Source of the DNA: Candidatus Kerfeldbacteria bacterium
Lineage (GTDB): Bacteria; Patescibacteriota; Patescibacteriia; UBA9570; XYC2-FULL-38-9
Assembly: GCA_043813585.1 (NCBI GenBank)
Contig: JBDRKW010000020.1
Location: 265,034-329,033 of the forward strand
Direction of reading: 5' to 3'
DNA: 64,000 nt
Shown here: piece by piece, positions 1 to 9,384 of the stretch
Numbering within the stretch: position 1 is the stretch's first letter
Layout: each line of letters starts with the position of its first letter
Position numbers and translations under genes: made by a program
Notes under the pieces: model-generated
Databases searched by the model: none
What the model was told of the DNA's origin: nothing
What the model saw: only the letters and a program-made list of their open reading frames with translations

Positions 1-682
1 GCACGTCGCCCGCAACAATGCGCTGGGCCAACCCTTCGACAATGGCAGTCTTCCCCGTTCCGGGTTCGCCGATCAATACAGGATTGTTCTTCGTGCGCCG
101 GGACAGCACTTGCATGGCGCGGCGAATTTCGTCATCTCGGCCAATCACAGGATCGAGCTTTTCTTCTCGCGCCAACTGGGTCAGATTTTGCGCGTATTTT
201 TCCAACGCCTGGTATTTTGATTCCGGCTCCGGTGAATCAACCGTATGGCTGCCTCGAATCTCGGTAACAATTGCACCTGTACTTTTTGGGTCAAGCCCAA
301 CCTTCGCTAGTATAGCCTGCGCCGATGATTTCACATCAAACAACGCCATAAACAGATGCTCAACAGAAACATATTCATCCTTTAATTTCTTTGCTAATTT
401 ATCAGCCTGGAACAATACCGCATTCATCTCCTGGCTCACAAATACCTGGCCTGGCTGGTTCATGCGGGGCAGCGACCGTATCGAGCTCGCAACCAGCTTC
501 CCAACCTGCTCAATTTGCACATTCTGGCGCTCCAAAATCGGACGTACCATCGTCTCTTCCTGCTCAATTAACGCCATTAGAAGATGGGCCGGCACAATCT
601 GCTGCTGGCCTGAAGACATGGCAATGCCATGTGCATTTTGAAGCGCCTCCTGCGCTTTGCGCGTGAGTTTATTCAGATCCAT
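1..682 (-). CDS. clpB: ATP-dependent chaperone ClpB, 5' part (runs off the window start)
   Basis: Manual minus-strand translation from ATG 682: [17 protein letters not shown]...EYVSVEHL...[49 protein letters not shown] (Clp N repeats plus AAA+ Walker A). The + strand ORF 18..641 is its antisense shadow. Confidence 0.93.
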   Translation of the reverse strand, partial: MDLNKLTRKAQEALQNAHGIAMSSGQQQIVPAHLLMALIEQEETMVRPILERQNVQIEQVGKLVASSIRSLPRMNQPGQVFVSQEMNAVLFQADKLAKKLKDEYVSVEHLFMALFDVKSSAQAILAKVGLDPKSTGAIVTEIRGSHTVDSPEPESKYQALEKYAQNLTQLAREEKLDPVIGRDDEIRRAMQVLSRRTKNNPVLIGEPGTGKTAIVEGLAQRIVAGDV

Positions 683-744
683 AGTGTATAAAAAAAGTGT
701 TCATATATAATGTGCGCTGATGGTAGCAAAAACCTCTCCGCAAG

Positions 745-1389
745 TCAAGATGCGCCATTTGCTTCATCCATTAACTTTTTTGCTTCCGGATATGTCGTCT
801 GATCGAATGACTCATAAAACTGTCCTACCGACATGAATTGATCAGGCGTATCCAGCACAACAAATTCATCTACTATCTTTCTTAGACGTTTTGCAGCATC
901 GATTGAACTGACCGGCACGGCTACCACAACCTTTGCAGCGCTGTTTGCCCGCAATGATTGAATCGCTGCCTGCATGGTATAGCCGGTTGCAATCCCGTCG
1001 TCTACAAGGATAACTGTTTTGCCTTTAACCTGTTGAACTGCGCGGCCTTCGCGCATCATGCGCTCCTTCTCACGAGCCTGCTCCTGTAAATCCGCAATCT
1101 CTACCTTAAGATCCCCTGGCGTTATTCCCAGTGCCGTGAGCACATCATTATCAAAAGCTACATTACCATCAGTATCAATGCTTCCAATCGCGTATTCAGG
1201 ATTTCCAGGCGCTCCAATCTTTTTAGTAACAATCACATCCAGCGGGAGCTTCAGTTTTTTCGCCAGTTCATAGCCCAGCACCACTCCGCCGCGGGGGATT
1301 GCCGCAATTAAACAATCCGGATTCCCGGCATAATGATTGAGCTTTTCAGCCAGCTGACGTCCGGCATCATGTCTGTCTGCAAACGTCAT
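745..1389 (-). CDS. Phosphoribosyltransferase family protein
   Basis: F.DR.DAGRQLA, IPRGGV, KKIGAPGNPEYAIG and PRPP-binding loop VILVDDGIATGYT; start moved to ATG 1389. Confidence 0.88.
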   Translation of the reverse strand: MTFADRHDAGRQLAEKLNHYAGNPDCLIAAIPRGGVVLGYELAKKLKLPLDVIVTKKIGAPGNPEYAIGSIDTDGNVAFDNDVLTALGITPGDLKVEIADLQEQAREKERMMREGRAVQQVKGKTVILVDDGIATGYTMQAAIQSLRANSAAKVVVAVPVSSIDAAKRLRKIVDEFVVLDTPDQFMSVGQFYESFDQTTYPEAKKLMDEANGAS

Positions 1390-1399
1390 AATTAAAGTA

Positions 1400-3304
1400 T
1401 TAATTATCCGAACCTGTCTGCGGCGAATTGGCTGGTTTCTTTTTTCGCCGGCGCCGTTTCCGCTTTGCAGTCGGCTTATCCGAAACCGGAAGCGCCCCGA
1501 GCGCATCGCCAAGCGAAGAAAAATCAGTTTTGATGCGCTGGCGCTGTCCCTGTTGCGGCCTTACATCCTGCTTTTCCTTCTTTGTATCCCTCTGTGCAGG
1601 GCGGGACCGCTCCGTCTTTTGAGCTTCCGGCCGCCGCTTCTGGCGGACGGGCTGCGTTTGCTGCGGTTCGTTCTGCTCTTTATCAGCTACAAAACTCAGC
1701 TCTTTTTTGCGCAGCGGCGCCAGGCCGTTCTGTTCTGCCGCTTTTGGCGGCTGAGGAACCTCTTGTTTCTTTGGCGGCATTGGAACATCCTCACGGGAAA
1801 TAGTTGGTTTAGCCGGCGCCGGCGTCGGCGTTGGAGGCGCATCCGCTCTCGGTTTTTGCCGCTGCGGAGGCTTCCCTCCCTTTTTTTCGTATTTCCTTTC
1901 TTCTTTTCGATACGATTTCTTTGCCTGTTGCGGCTGCTCCTCATCATCAGACCCGTCATCATCCATGTTATAGCCGGACCACCGCAGAATTGCCTCTTCT
2001 ACCTTTGCCTGCACATTTGCATATCGTTCCCGGGAAACCTGAATAACCGTCTCCTTATTCCCTGTCTCGCCGGATAGCGGAGGCAGCGTAGTTGCGGAAA
2101 ACGGCTCAGACGCCACACCGTCAATCATCAAACGCAAATAAATTTGATACGACGGCAGCGCCACAAGATCTTCCTGCGTAAACAACGGCAAATATTCCTT
2201 CTCAAGCTCTTCTGCGTCAACCGCACCAACACGGAAAGTAATCATCGTTCCAACATTGCCGAACACCGCAGCTTTAACCTCATCGCTTAACTGCTCAACA
2301 TATTGGTGGGCCATAATCAGATCCAGCCGGTATTTTCTTGCCTCCGATAAAATATTTGCAAAAGCCTCTGTTGAAAAATTCTGAAACTCATCAACATACA
2401 GGAAAAAATCACGGCGTTCCTTTTCCGGAATATCGACGCGGCTCATCGCTGCCAGCTGAATCTTCGTAATCATCATGGCACCGAGCAGCGCGGCATTTTC
2501 CTCGCCAATACGGCCCTTGGACAAATTCATCAAAAGAATCTTCCCGCTGTCCATAATCTCGCGCATATTGATCGTGCTCTTTGGCTGGCCGACAATATTT
2601 CGGATAAGCGAAGAGGACAAAAACTGCCCGACTTTATTCTGGATCGGAGCAATCGCTTCGTTGCGGAACTTTTCCGAATAGTTGTTATATTCGTCAATCC
2701 AGAACGATTTCACGACCGGGTCTGTAATGTTGCGCACCACCTTTTTCCGGTACTTCGCGTCAACAAGCATGCGCGTAACGCCAAGCAGCGTCGAACCCGG
2801 ATATTCAATAAGGGCGAGAATAGAGTTAATCAAAATGTATTCCAAGCGCGGGCCCCAGGAGTCTGCCCAAATCTTCTTAAACACGCCCACAAGGCCGTTT
2901 GAAACCAAATTCTTATATTCCAGCTCCACATTCTCAAGAATGTTAAAGGCAATCGGATTGGCGACATCGGCCGGATTAAAATAGACAACATCATTGATGC
3001 GATTGGACGGAATAAAATCAACAATCTTCTCCACCAAATCGCCGTGCGGATCAACGACTGCCAGCCCGTGTCCGTTGCGGATATCCTGGATAATCATGTT
3101 CTCAAGCATCGTCGACTTCCCCATGCCGGTCTTGCCGATCACGTACATATGGCGGCGGCGGTCATCCCCTTTAATGCCAAAACGCCTGTTCTCATTCCTA
3201 AAATTCGTGCCTGCAAAAAACGTTACCTGTTGTTCGTCAAAGGCGTACGGTTGCGGCTCTTGTTCCGGTTGTTCCGGCTGTGCTGTTGGCTCGTCGTTCA
3301 TCAT
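1400..3304 (-). CDS. VirB4/TraD-TrwB-like P-loop ATPase (coupling-protein-like) with disordered basic C-terminal tail
   Basis: DRRRHMYVIGKTGMGKST (Walker A), VVDPHGDL, LYVDEFQNF (Walker B), ILSEARKYRL, AHQY; Pro/Lys/Arg/Gln-rich tail. Confidence 0.85.
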   Translation of the reverse strand: MMNDEPTAQPEQPEQEPQPYAFDEQQVTFFAGTNFRNENRRFGIKGDDRRRHMYVIGKTGMGKSTMLENMIIQDIRNGHGLAVVDPHGDLVEKIVDFIPSNRINDVVYFNPADVANPIAFNILENVELEYKNLVSNGLVGVFKKIWADSWGPRLEYILINSILALIEYPGSTLLGVTRMLVDAKYRKKVVRNITDPVVKSFWIDEYNNYSEKFRNEAIAPIQNKVGQFLSSSLIRNIVGQPKSTINMREIMDSGKILLMNLSKGRIGEENAALLGAMMITKIQLAAMSRVDIPEKERRDFFLYVDEFQNFSTEAFANILSEARKYRLDLIMAHQYVEQLSDEVKAAVFGNVGTMITFRVGAVDAEELEKEYLPLFTQEDLVALPSYQIYLRLMIDGVASEPFSATTLPPLSGETGNKETVIQVSRERYANVQAKVEEAILRWSGYNMDDDGSDDEEQPQQAKKSYRKEERKYEKKGGKPPQRQKPRADAPPTPTPAPAKPTISREDVPMPPKKQEVPQPPKAAEQNGLAPLRKKELSFVADKEQNEPQQTQPVRQKRRPEAQKTERSRPAQRDTKKEKQDVRPQQGQRQRIKTDFSSLGDALGALPVSDKPTAKRKRRRRKKKPANSPQTGSDN

Positions 3305-4992
3305 ACAGGAAGGTTAGGTGGAGGCGTGCCCCCGCTAGTAGGTGTTGAATCCGGCCGGTCAGCCTGATTGCCGGTTTGAGGTGATGGCGGCGCCAGTGGA
3401 ACTGCTTCCTCTCCGCGTATCGGCACTTCCCGTACGGGAGTCGGCTGTTCAACCGCCTTAACGCCCGGCGGCAACCCCGGCATGGAATGCAGCTGTTCAG
3501 GAACAGGCTGCTCCACCGGCGCAAAACGTTCGGTTACCGGCGGCTCTCCTGGCTCCGGCGGCGGCGGCGGGGCGGGAATGGTTTCTGAAACCGGTTCAGG
3601 TTCCGGCGTTACCACCTGCTCAGTTTGTGCATCAGGTAAAGTTTGTACGGCAATACGATCATGGCCTTTGCGCAGACGCTCAAACGGAGATGCGCCAACA
3701 GGAAGATGGGCAGGCGGCTCCGCTTTTTTGGAAACCGTCTTGGAAACCAACGGCGCTTTGACCTCCTGAACCGGAAAATGAAATAAAGTTGCGATTTCCA
3801 CATGCGACATCACATAAGACGACTCGCCGATCCAGTTCGAGCGATACTTATATCCTGCCATTAATTTATTTTTGCGCGCTTCGGAACGCCGCTTCGGAAA
3901 AAAATATTCCGGCCCGCTCGTAACGGTGCGGCCGCCGGCTGTAAACGAATTTAAATCAAGGGAATTAAACTGCTTGAACGCCCCAAAAATCGAACCGACC
4001 ACGCGGTAGGAATTCATTATCTCTTTTGGAGCAATGTACACAAAACGAAATTTCGTCTGGAAATGAAGCCGCGCCGCTTTCTTCTGCACCTCTTCAACAA
4101 TGATCTTTTCCCCTGTCGTCAAACCCATGAAGCTCCCATCCATTTCATCCTTATCCTGCCGTTGTTCCTTGTATCCTCCTTCCGGAGCCGTGAACACGGA
4201 ATCATGAACCGTTTCCAGCGTCTTTTGCGTCGCGTTCGTCAGGTAATCAGCAATATCCTTCTTATATTCCTGCGGTTTACCGATTAAGTCATTAACCTCT
4301 CGTTTGCTTTTCTCCCGCCATTCATGCCCTTCAGGTGTTATAACAAACTGAAGCCAGACCTGTTCTCCCGGCTGCAGCCTGCTGAGCAGTTCCAGTACAG
4401 CTGCCATTGGGTCCGCAAACAGGCCGGATAATGAATGCTCAAAAAATTCATACGTCTTAATCGGGTAGGCATCGCTGTTTGCCAGAGTAAATTCAGTCCC
4501 CCATAAATCATACTCCTTGTTCGGATATTCCTGCGGCACATTCTGCACATAATCCTCTACCTCGATAATCTCCGCATCCGCATACTGCGCATACACCGCG
4601 CCTTTCACCAGTTCCGCATTGTAATCATCGCACCGGATAAAATACTGGATATACCCGTCAATACTGACGATTTCCAGGGAAAATTTATCCTGAATGACGC
4701 CCAGCCAGTACGCTTCACGCTTCGTAGGGCTAAAATGCACGCCATGCAGCGCTGAAATAATATTCTCGACCGAACGCATGGTGGTTTCATGCATTTTCGG
4801 AACATCGATGGCCAACAAAACGAATTTCTTCTTCATATCGTACTTGTTCTGAAGCCAGTTCACCCAGCCGGTCCACATCATCCAGATTAACAGAGGAAAG
4901 AAAACAATAAGACCGCCCCACTGAAAGAAGAGTTGAATAATGGCTAACGGGCTAGACCCGAGACCGGCAATGTCAGTCCACTCAAATGGCAT
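3301..4992 (-). CDS. Membrane-anchored hypothetical protein, partner of the adjacent ATPase
   Basis: 563-aa ORF with N-terminal hydrophobic helix, FSLEIVS...YAQY.DAEI.EVEDY, ATLFHFP and Pro-rich tail; 4-nt overlap with the ATPase gene. Confidence 0.75.
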   Translation of the reverse strand: MPFEWTDIAGLGSSPLAIIQLFFQWGGLIVFFPLLIWMMWTGWVNWLQNKYDMKKKFVLLAIDVPKMHETTMRSVENIISALHGVHFSPTKREAYWLGVIQDKFSLEIVSIDGYIQYFIRCDDYNAELVKGAVYAQYADAEIIEVEDYVQNVPQEYPNKEYDLWGTEFTLANSDAYPIKTYEFFEHSLSGLFADPMAAVLELLSRLQPGEQVWLQFVITPEGHEWREKSKREVNDLIGKPQEYKKDIADYLTNATQKTLETVHDSVFTAPEGGYKEQRQDKDEMDGSFMGLTTGEKIIVEEVQKKAARLHFQTKFRFVYIAPKEIMNSYRVVGSIFGAFKQFNSLDLNSFTAGGRTVTSGPEYFFPKRRSEARKNKLMAGYKYRSNWIGESSYVMSHVEIATLFHFPVQEVKAPLVSKTVSKKAEPPAHLPVGASPFERLRKGHDRIAVQTLPDAQTEQVVTPEPEPVSETIPAPPPPPEPGEPPVTERFAPVEQPVPEQLHSMPGLPPGVKAVEQPTPVREVPIRGEEAVPLAPPSPQTGNQADRPDSTPTSGGTPPPNLPV

Positions 4993-5015
4993 TTATCTTT
5001 GTTTGATTTACTCCT

Positions 5016-6185
5016 TTAGCTGGAGGCCTCATCGGCAGCTTCTGTCTGTATTTTCTCCTCCGGTTGATGACTCTCTCCAGAATCCTCTGCCAATGCATAC
5101 CTCCCATCCTTGGTCTTATTAAATAGTGACTTGTCAGTCAATGCGAGATGGATAGTATTTTTTTTCACGATGCGCTGCTTCAGAACCATATCAACAATAT
5201 CCGAACGCTTCATCGGCTGGCCTGCCTGCTTAAGGATATCCTGAATCACGCTGGCGACAACGCCCTCTTTAAATCCCCATTCTTTCAACGCGTAAATGCC
5301 CCGTCCGACTAAAACGTATTCGTCGTTGAGGATGAGCTCGTTATGAACAGTCGGAGGATACGCAGCTTTCTTAAAGATTTTCGTAATGCGTTTGGCAATC
5401 TCTTCAAAATGCATCGGCTGGCCTTCTTTTTGCAGAACAAGAAATACGCGGTCATTCATCCGCTTCGGCTGAATTAATCCCCAGTCAGCCAGTCCATATT
5501 CGTCAAACGGGTTTCGCGCGAGCCTGGTTGAAACCTCCAGGTACGATGCAACTGAATCTTCAGTCAGCTTCTGGTCATGGTTCTTGTAGAACTCTGTTTC
5601 CTGCAATTTTTCATATAGTTCATCAAACGTTGCCGGTTTTCCAATTTGTTCAACCAGCTTCTCCAGTTCCTGGATGCCCTGATCAATAAAATCCATTGAA
5701 GTCAGGCGCAGTTTCCAGCCCGGATGGTATTTCTTGGTTTTTGGAATCTCCTCGAGCTTTTCATCTAAGAGCTGCGTAATGATAAACGAGACAGCCAGCT
5801 TATACTGCTCACTGTCCTTGTGAACGCCTAAAAGCGTCTCATACAGCATCTGCTCAGTTATCAGCCCGCCATGTTTATCGACCAGAGTTGAAACAAGATG
5901 TTCGACAGGCCGCATGATCTCCGAAAAGGCGCTGCCAGATTTTATTTTTGCGATTGATTGATTCTCGATTTGGCGAATGCGCTCGCGCGTGACGTTGTAA
6001 AACGATCCGATTGTTTCCAAAGTTTCCTTGCCTTGGTCAGTCAGACCATACCTCCGCCGTACAACATCCGCTTCTTTGGAGCCCAAAGACTTCAGGAGCG
6101 TATTCACAACCTCGAGAGGATTAAAATCCTGCTTTTCTTGGTCCTCCTTGCTTGAAAGGACCTTATCTAGAATAGAATCGGTCAT
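5016..6185 (-). CDS. Sigma70 region-4 HTH plus winged-HTH domain protein
   Basis: RRYGL...ETLETIG..YNVTRERIRQIE (sigma70 r4); PMHFEEI...TVHNELI...YVLVGRGIYALKEWG (HARE-HTH-like). No sigma region 2. Confidence 0.8.
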   Translation of the reverse strand: MTDSILDKVLSSKEDQEKQDFNPLEVVNTLLKSLGSKEADVVRRRYGLTDQGKETLETIGSFYNVTRERIRQIENQSIAKIKSGSAFSEIMRPVEHLVSTLVDKHGGLITEQMLYETLLGVHKDSEQYKLAVSFIITQLLDEKLEEIPKTKKYHPGWKLRLTSMDFIDQGIQELEKLVEQIGKPATFDELYEKLQETEFYKNHDQKLTEDSVASYLEVSTRLARNPFDEYGLADWGLIQPKRMNDRVFLVLQKEGQPMHFEEIAKRITKIFKKAAYPPTVHNELILNDEYVLVGRGIYALKEWGFKEGVVASVIQDILKQAGQPMKRSDIVDMVLKQRIVKKNTIHLALTDKSLFNKTKDGRYALAEDSGESHQPEEKIQTEAADEASS

Positions 6186-6211
6186 AGGTGTGATTAAATT
6201 GTATCGTCGCT

Positions 6212-6240
6212 AGTATACCATTTCCTTGCAAACGTGTCAA
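6212..6240 (-). promoter_or_regulatory. Sigma70 promoter TTGACA-N17-TATACT
   Basis: Minus strand reads ttgaca cgtttgcaaggaaatgg tatact, 26 nt upstream of ATG 6185. Confidence 0.75.
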
Positions 6241-6324
6241 TATTTTTCCCTAATCACTATCCACTGATTGTTGTATTGAAAAAAAAGGCGTATAATAGGT
6301 AAAAATAAGCAAAAAAATACGTTT

Positions 6325-6759
6325 ATGCCTGATATGGACATACCAACGCCTCCGGCGGCTAATGCGCCGGAAAATACCTTCGAAACAACCGGTACAGTCA
6401 TGAGTACTTCGAATGCAAAGATGATTGACTTTGATGAAACAATAGCAATGCTGCAAACCGGCATTGAATATCTCCAGGAAACACGCTCAGACTTTGAAAC
6501 AACAGGCCCTCAAAAATGGATTTCTGACACTGCCGATCACATGAACGCAGCACTGGACAATATCCAGGATCTTGAAACCAACCACATGGATGACCTGGCC
6601 AAGTGGAAAAACGAGTCGGGTGAAATATGCGATGTGCTTGTTCGCATGCAGGATGAAGCAGGATTTGATGAAGCCGTACGCTTATTCACTAGAGCGCTCG
6701 ATTCGTTCGACGACTATTTCAATAAACACATCAATCTGCTGAAAAGCAAAAGGAAATAG
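6325..6759 (+). CDS. Acidic, probably helical hypothetical protein
   Basis: 144-aa ORF filling the gap between two minus-strand genes; TATAAT at about 6291 upstream. Confidence 0.7.
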   Translation: MPDMDIPTPPAANAPENTFETTGTVMSTSNAKMIDFDETIAMLQTGIEYLQETRSDFETTGPQKWISDTADHMNAALDNIQDLETNHMDDLAKWKNESGEICDVLVRMQDEAGFDEAVRLFTRALDSFDDYFNKHINLLKSKRK

Positions 6760-6768
6760 TATTTTTTA

Positions 6769-7662
6769 TTACCTCTTGAGCAACCGCTGCCCTACCAAAA
6801 GCAACGGACTTGCTATAAAAATTGATGAATAGGTTCCGGTAAGAATACCAAGTATCAGCGCCAGCACAAACCACTGGATGGATGCGCCGCCGAACAGATA
6901 CAGCGCAAGCAGGACAAGCAATGTGGAAAAGGATGTGTTTATCGAACGCACCAGCGTCGTATTGATGCTCTCGTTTATAATTTCCTTGAACGATTTCTTT
7001 GCGCGGTCTTTAAGCCCCTCTCTGATGCGGTCATACACGACAATCGTGTCATGAACCGAAAAACCGAGAATCGTCAGCAATGCAGTGACAAACAAAGTAT
7101 CGACCTGTACGTCCATAAAGTGCCCCAGTAGAATAAATGCCCCGACTACGAGGAGAATATCATGCGCAAGTGCCACAATGGCTCCGAGCCCAAACACCCA
7201 TGATGGAACCGGTCCGTTCGAGACCTTGCGAAAGGCGTACGAGATGTACCCGATAATCGCAAATAGGACGAGGAGAAGCGCTATGACAGCCTTTCTCTTG
7301 AGCTCTTCACCAAGCGTCGGGCCGATGCTGGTATAGTTCTCCTCTACGACATCCTGGTCTTTATACGCATCCAAAATCTGCTGGCGGGTCTTATTTTCAA
7401 TATGCTGCATTTTGAGGATCAGATTTGATTCACCTGCAGTCTGAATGCGCATATCACTCACACCAAGGTCAGTCACGGTGGTCGTAATATTTTCTACAGA
7501 CGGTCGCGATTCTATGTCGGGAAAACGCAACTCCATCGAGGTTCCGCCGGTAAAATCAATACCGAGGTTCAATCCCCATACAAACCACAATACTACGGTT
7601 GCCGCAATGCCAATGATAGAGAGGGTACTCCAATATTTCGTTGTATGGATAATCCTGTACAT
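6769..7662 (-). CDS. secF: Protein translocase subunit SecF
   Basis: LNLGIDFTGGT, IGPTLG.EL, HD, ALLTILGFSVHDTIVVYDRIRE, GTYSSIFIASP. Confidence 0.96.
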   Translation of the reverse strand: MYRIIHTTKYWSTLSIIGIAATVVLWFVWGLNLGIDFTGGTSMELRFPDIESRPSVENITTTVTDLGVSDMRIQTAGESNLILKMQHIENKTRQQILDAYKDQDVVEENYTSIGPTLGEELKRKAVIALLLVLFAIIGYISYAFRKVSNGPVPSWVFGLGAIVALAHDILLVVGAFILLGHFMDVQVDTLFVTALLTILGFSVHDTIVVYDRIREGLKDRAKKSFKEIINESINTTLVRSINTSFSTLLVLLALYLFGGASIQWFVLALILGILTGTYSSIFIASPLLLVGQRLLKR

Positions 7663-7664
7663 AT

Positions 7665-9347
7665 CTATTCTTTCTTTCGCTTATTGATTCCGTACCACCA
7701 CGTATTTTGCAGCCGGATAACGCCGAGTAAGTTCCGCGTAATGGTAATGGCTGAAAACATTGAAATGAGGATTCCGATAGCAAGCGTTACTGCAAAACCG
7801 CGAATCAGCGATGAACCGAACCAATACAGGATCAGGCAGGTAATGAGCGAAGAAACGTTCGAATCGCGGATTGATGTCCATGCGCGCTTAAATCCGTCGT
7901 CAATACTCTGGCCGATCGGCTTGCCGCGCCGAAGCTCTTCCTTGAAACGCTCAAATATTAGGACGTTTGCGTCCACAGCCATGCCGATCGATAAAATGAA
8001 TCCCGCAATTCCGGCAAGGGTCAGCGTAACCGGGAACAGCTTGAACACCGCAAGTACAACCAAGGAATAGATCGTCAGTGCCAGAACAGACATTACTCCC
8101 GGAAGCCGATAGTATACGATCATGAAAATCGAAAGCAGGACCAGCCCGAATATGCCAGCAAACAGGCTGCGTTCAATGGATGCCTGGCCGAGTGTCGGAC
8201 CGACGTTCTGCTGGCTGATCAGTTCGACAGGTACCGGCAATGCACCTGCATTCAGCCGCTGCGCCAGCAGTTTGGATTCTTCGAGCGTAAAATTGCCCGA
8301 GATAACCGCTTCGCCGCCGGTAATCTCCTGCTGCACCACCGGAGCACTGATAACCACGCCATCAAGATAAATCGCGACCGTTTTGCCGACATTATCTTTT
8401 GTGATCTGCGCAAACAGCTCTCGGCCCTCTTTATTGAACTGCAATGAAACGGTCGGGAGCCCGGTATTCGGGTCAAACGTCACATCCGCGTTTTCCAGCT
8501 GCTCGCCGGTCAGCGGCGTCGATTCATAGGTCGGCTCTAATAAAAGAGGTTGCTCAGATTCCTTCACAAACAAAATATGGTGAGCGCGCGCGATTTTCCC
8601 TACTTCTGTTCCTTCCTCATTATTTGCAGGCTCCTCGCGCAATTCATCCACCCTTATTATATGGTATCCAAACAGCGTTTCAACAAGCTCCGGATAAACA
8701 ACTCCAACTTCGGCTTTAGTAAATACAACGTCATCAAACTCATCCACCATCATACCCTGGCTAAATTCGCCCAAATCGCCGCCCTGTTCAGCCGATCCTG
8801 GGTCGTCAGAATATTCTGTTGCCAATGCGGCAAAATCAGCATCCGCCTTTTGCGCCTTTTTCAAAACAGTGTTCGCCTGTTTTTTGATCTTCTTATTCTC
8901 TTCCCGAACCTTTTCCCTCTCTTCATCCGTAAGTTCCGGCGGCTCGCCCTCGGTCTTAAACTCCAAAAGCGGCGTCTCACCGATTCGGTTAATCGCCTCT
9001 GTAATATCCGTTACGCCCGGCAATTCAACAAGAACGCGCCATTCGTCGCCTGAACGGACCGTCTGGATGTTCGGCTCGCCCACGCCAAACGCGTTAATGC
9101 GCCGTTCAATCACATCACGAACGCCTTCAAGCGCTGATGTGCGTTCTGTCTCGTCAATCTGCGAAACATCCGCTTTATACAAAAGTGAAGTCCCGCCCTG
9201 CAAATCCAGGCCAAGATGAACTTTAATTTCACGAAATGTATCGCCAAATGAGATATCCGGCCCTTTTGGATAATCAACAACACCAGCCAAAACAGTCAAT
9301 ACAAGTATGCCCAGGAGCGATAATCTGATTTTCGTACGCGCTTTCAT
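7665..9347 (-). CDS. secD: Protein translocase subunit SecD with inserted parvulin-type PPIase domain
   Basis: [53 protein letters not shown]; insert contains [23 protein letters not shown]...ETLFGYHII. Confidence 0.95.
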   Translation of the reverse strand: MKARTKIRLSLLGILVLTVLAGVVDYPKGPDISFGDTFREIKVHLGLDLQGGTSLLYKADVSQIDETERTSALEGVRDVIERRINAFGVGEPNIQTVRSGDEWRVLVELPGVTDITEAINRIGETPLLEFKTEGEPPELTDEEREKVREENKKIKKQANTVLKKAQKADADFAALATEYSDDPGSAEQGGDLGEFSQGMMVDEFDDVVFTKAEVGVVYPELVETLFGYHIIRVDELREEPANNEEGTEVGKIARAHHILFVKESEQPLLLEPTYESTPLTGEQLENADVTFDPNTGLPTVSLQFNKEGRELFAQITKDNVGKTVAIYLDGVVISAPVVQQEITGGEAVISGNFTLEESKLLAQRLNAGALPVPVELISQQNVGPTLGQASIERSLFAGIFGLVLLSIFMIVYYRLPGVMSVLALTIYSLVVLAVFKLFPVTLTLAGIAGFILSIGMAVDANVLIFERFKEELRRGKPIGQSIDDGFKRAWTSIRDSNVSSLITCLILYWFGSSLIRGFAVTLAIGILISMFSAITITRNLLGVIRLQNTWWYGINKRKKE

Positions 9348-9384
9348 ACCGAATCAGTATACAGAACAAGTTATTTTGACGCAA

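Noticed and set aside
18-641. 207-aa plus-strand ORF (and other long plus-strand ORFs such as 35674..36522, 49548..50480, 51304..52233)
   Set aside because: Antisense shadows of clpB, tkt, the transporter and nrdJ.
683-744. CIRCE or CtsR heat-shock operator upstream of clpB
   Set aside because: No TTAGCACTC-N9-GAGTGCTAA or GGTCAAA direct repeats.
1400-4992. Integrated conjugative element
   Set aside because: No integrase, relaxase, att repeats or other tra genes; flanked by housekeeping genes.
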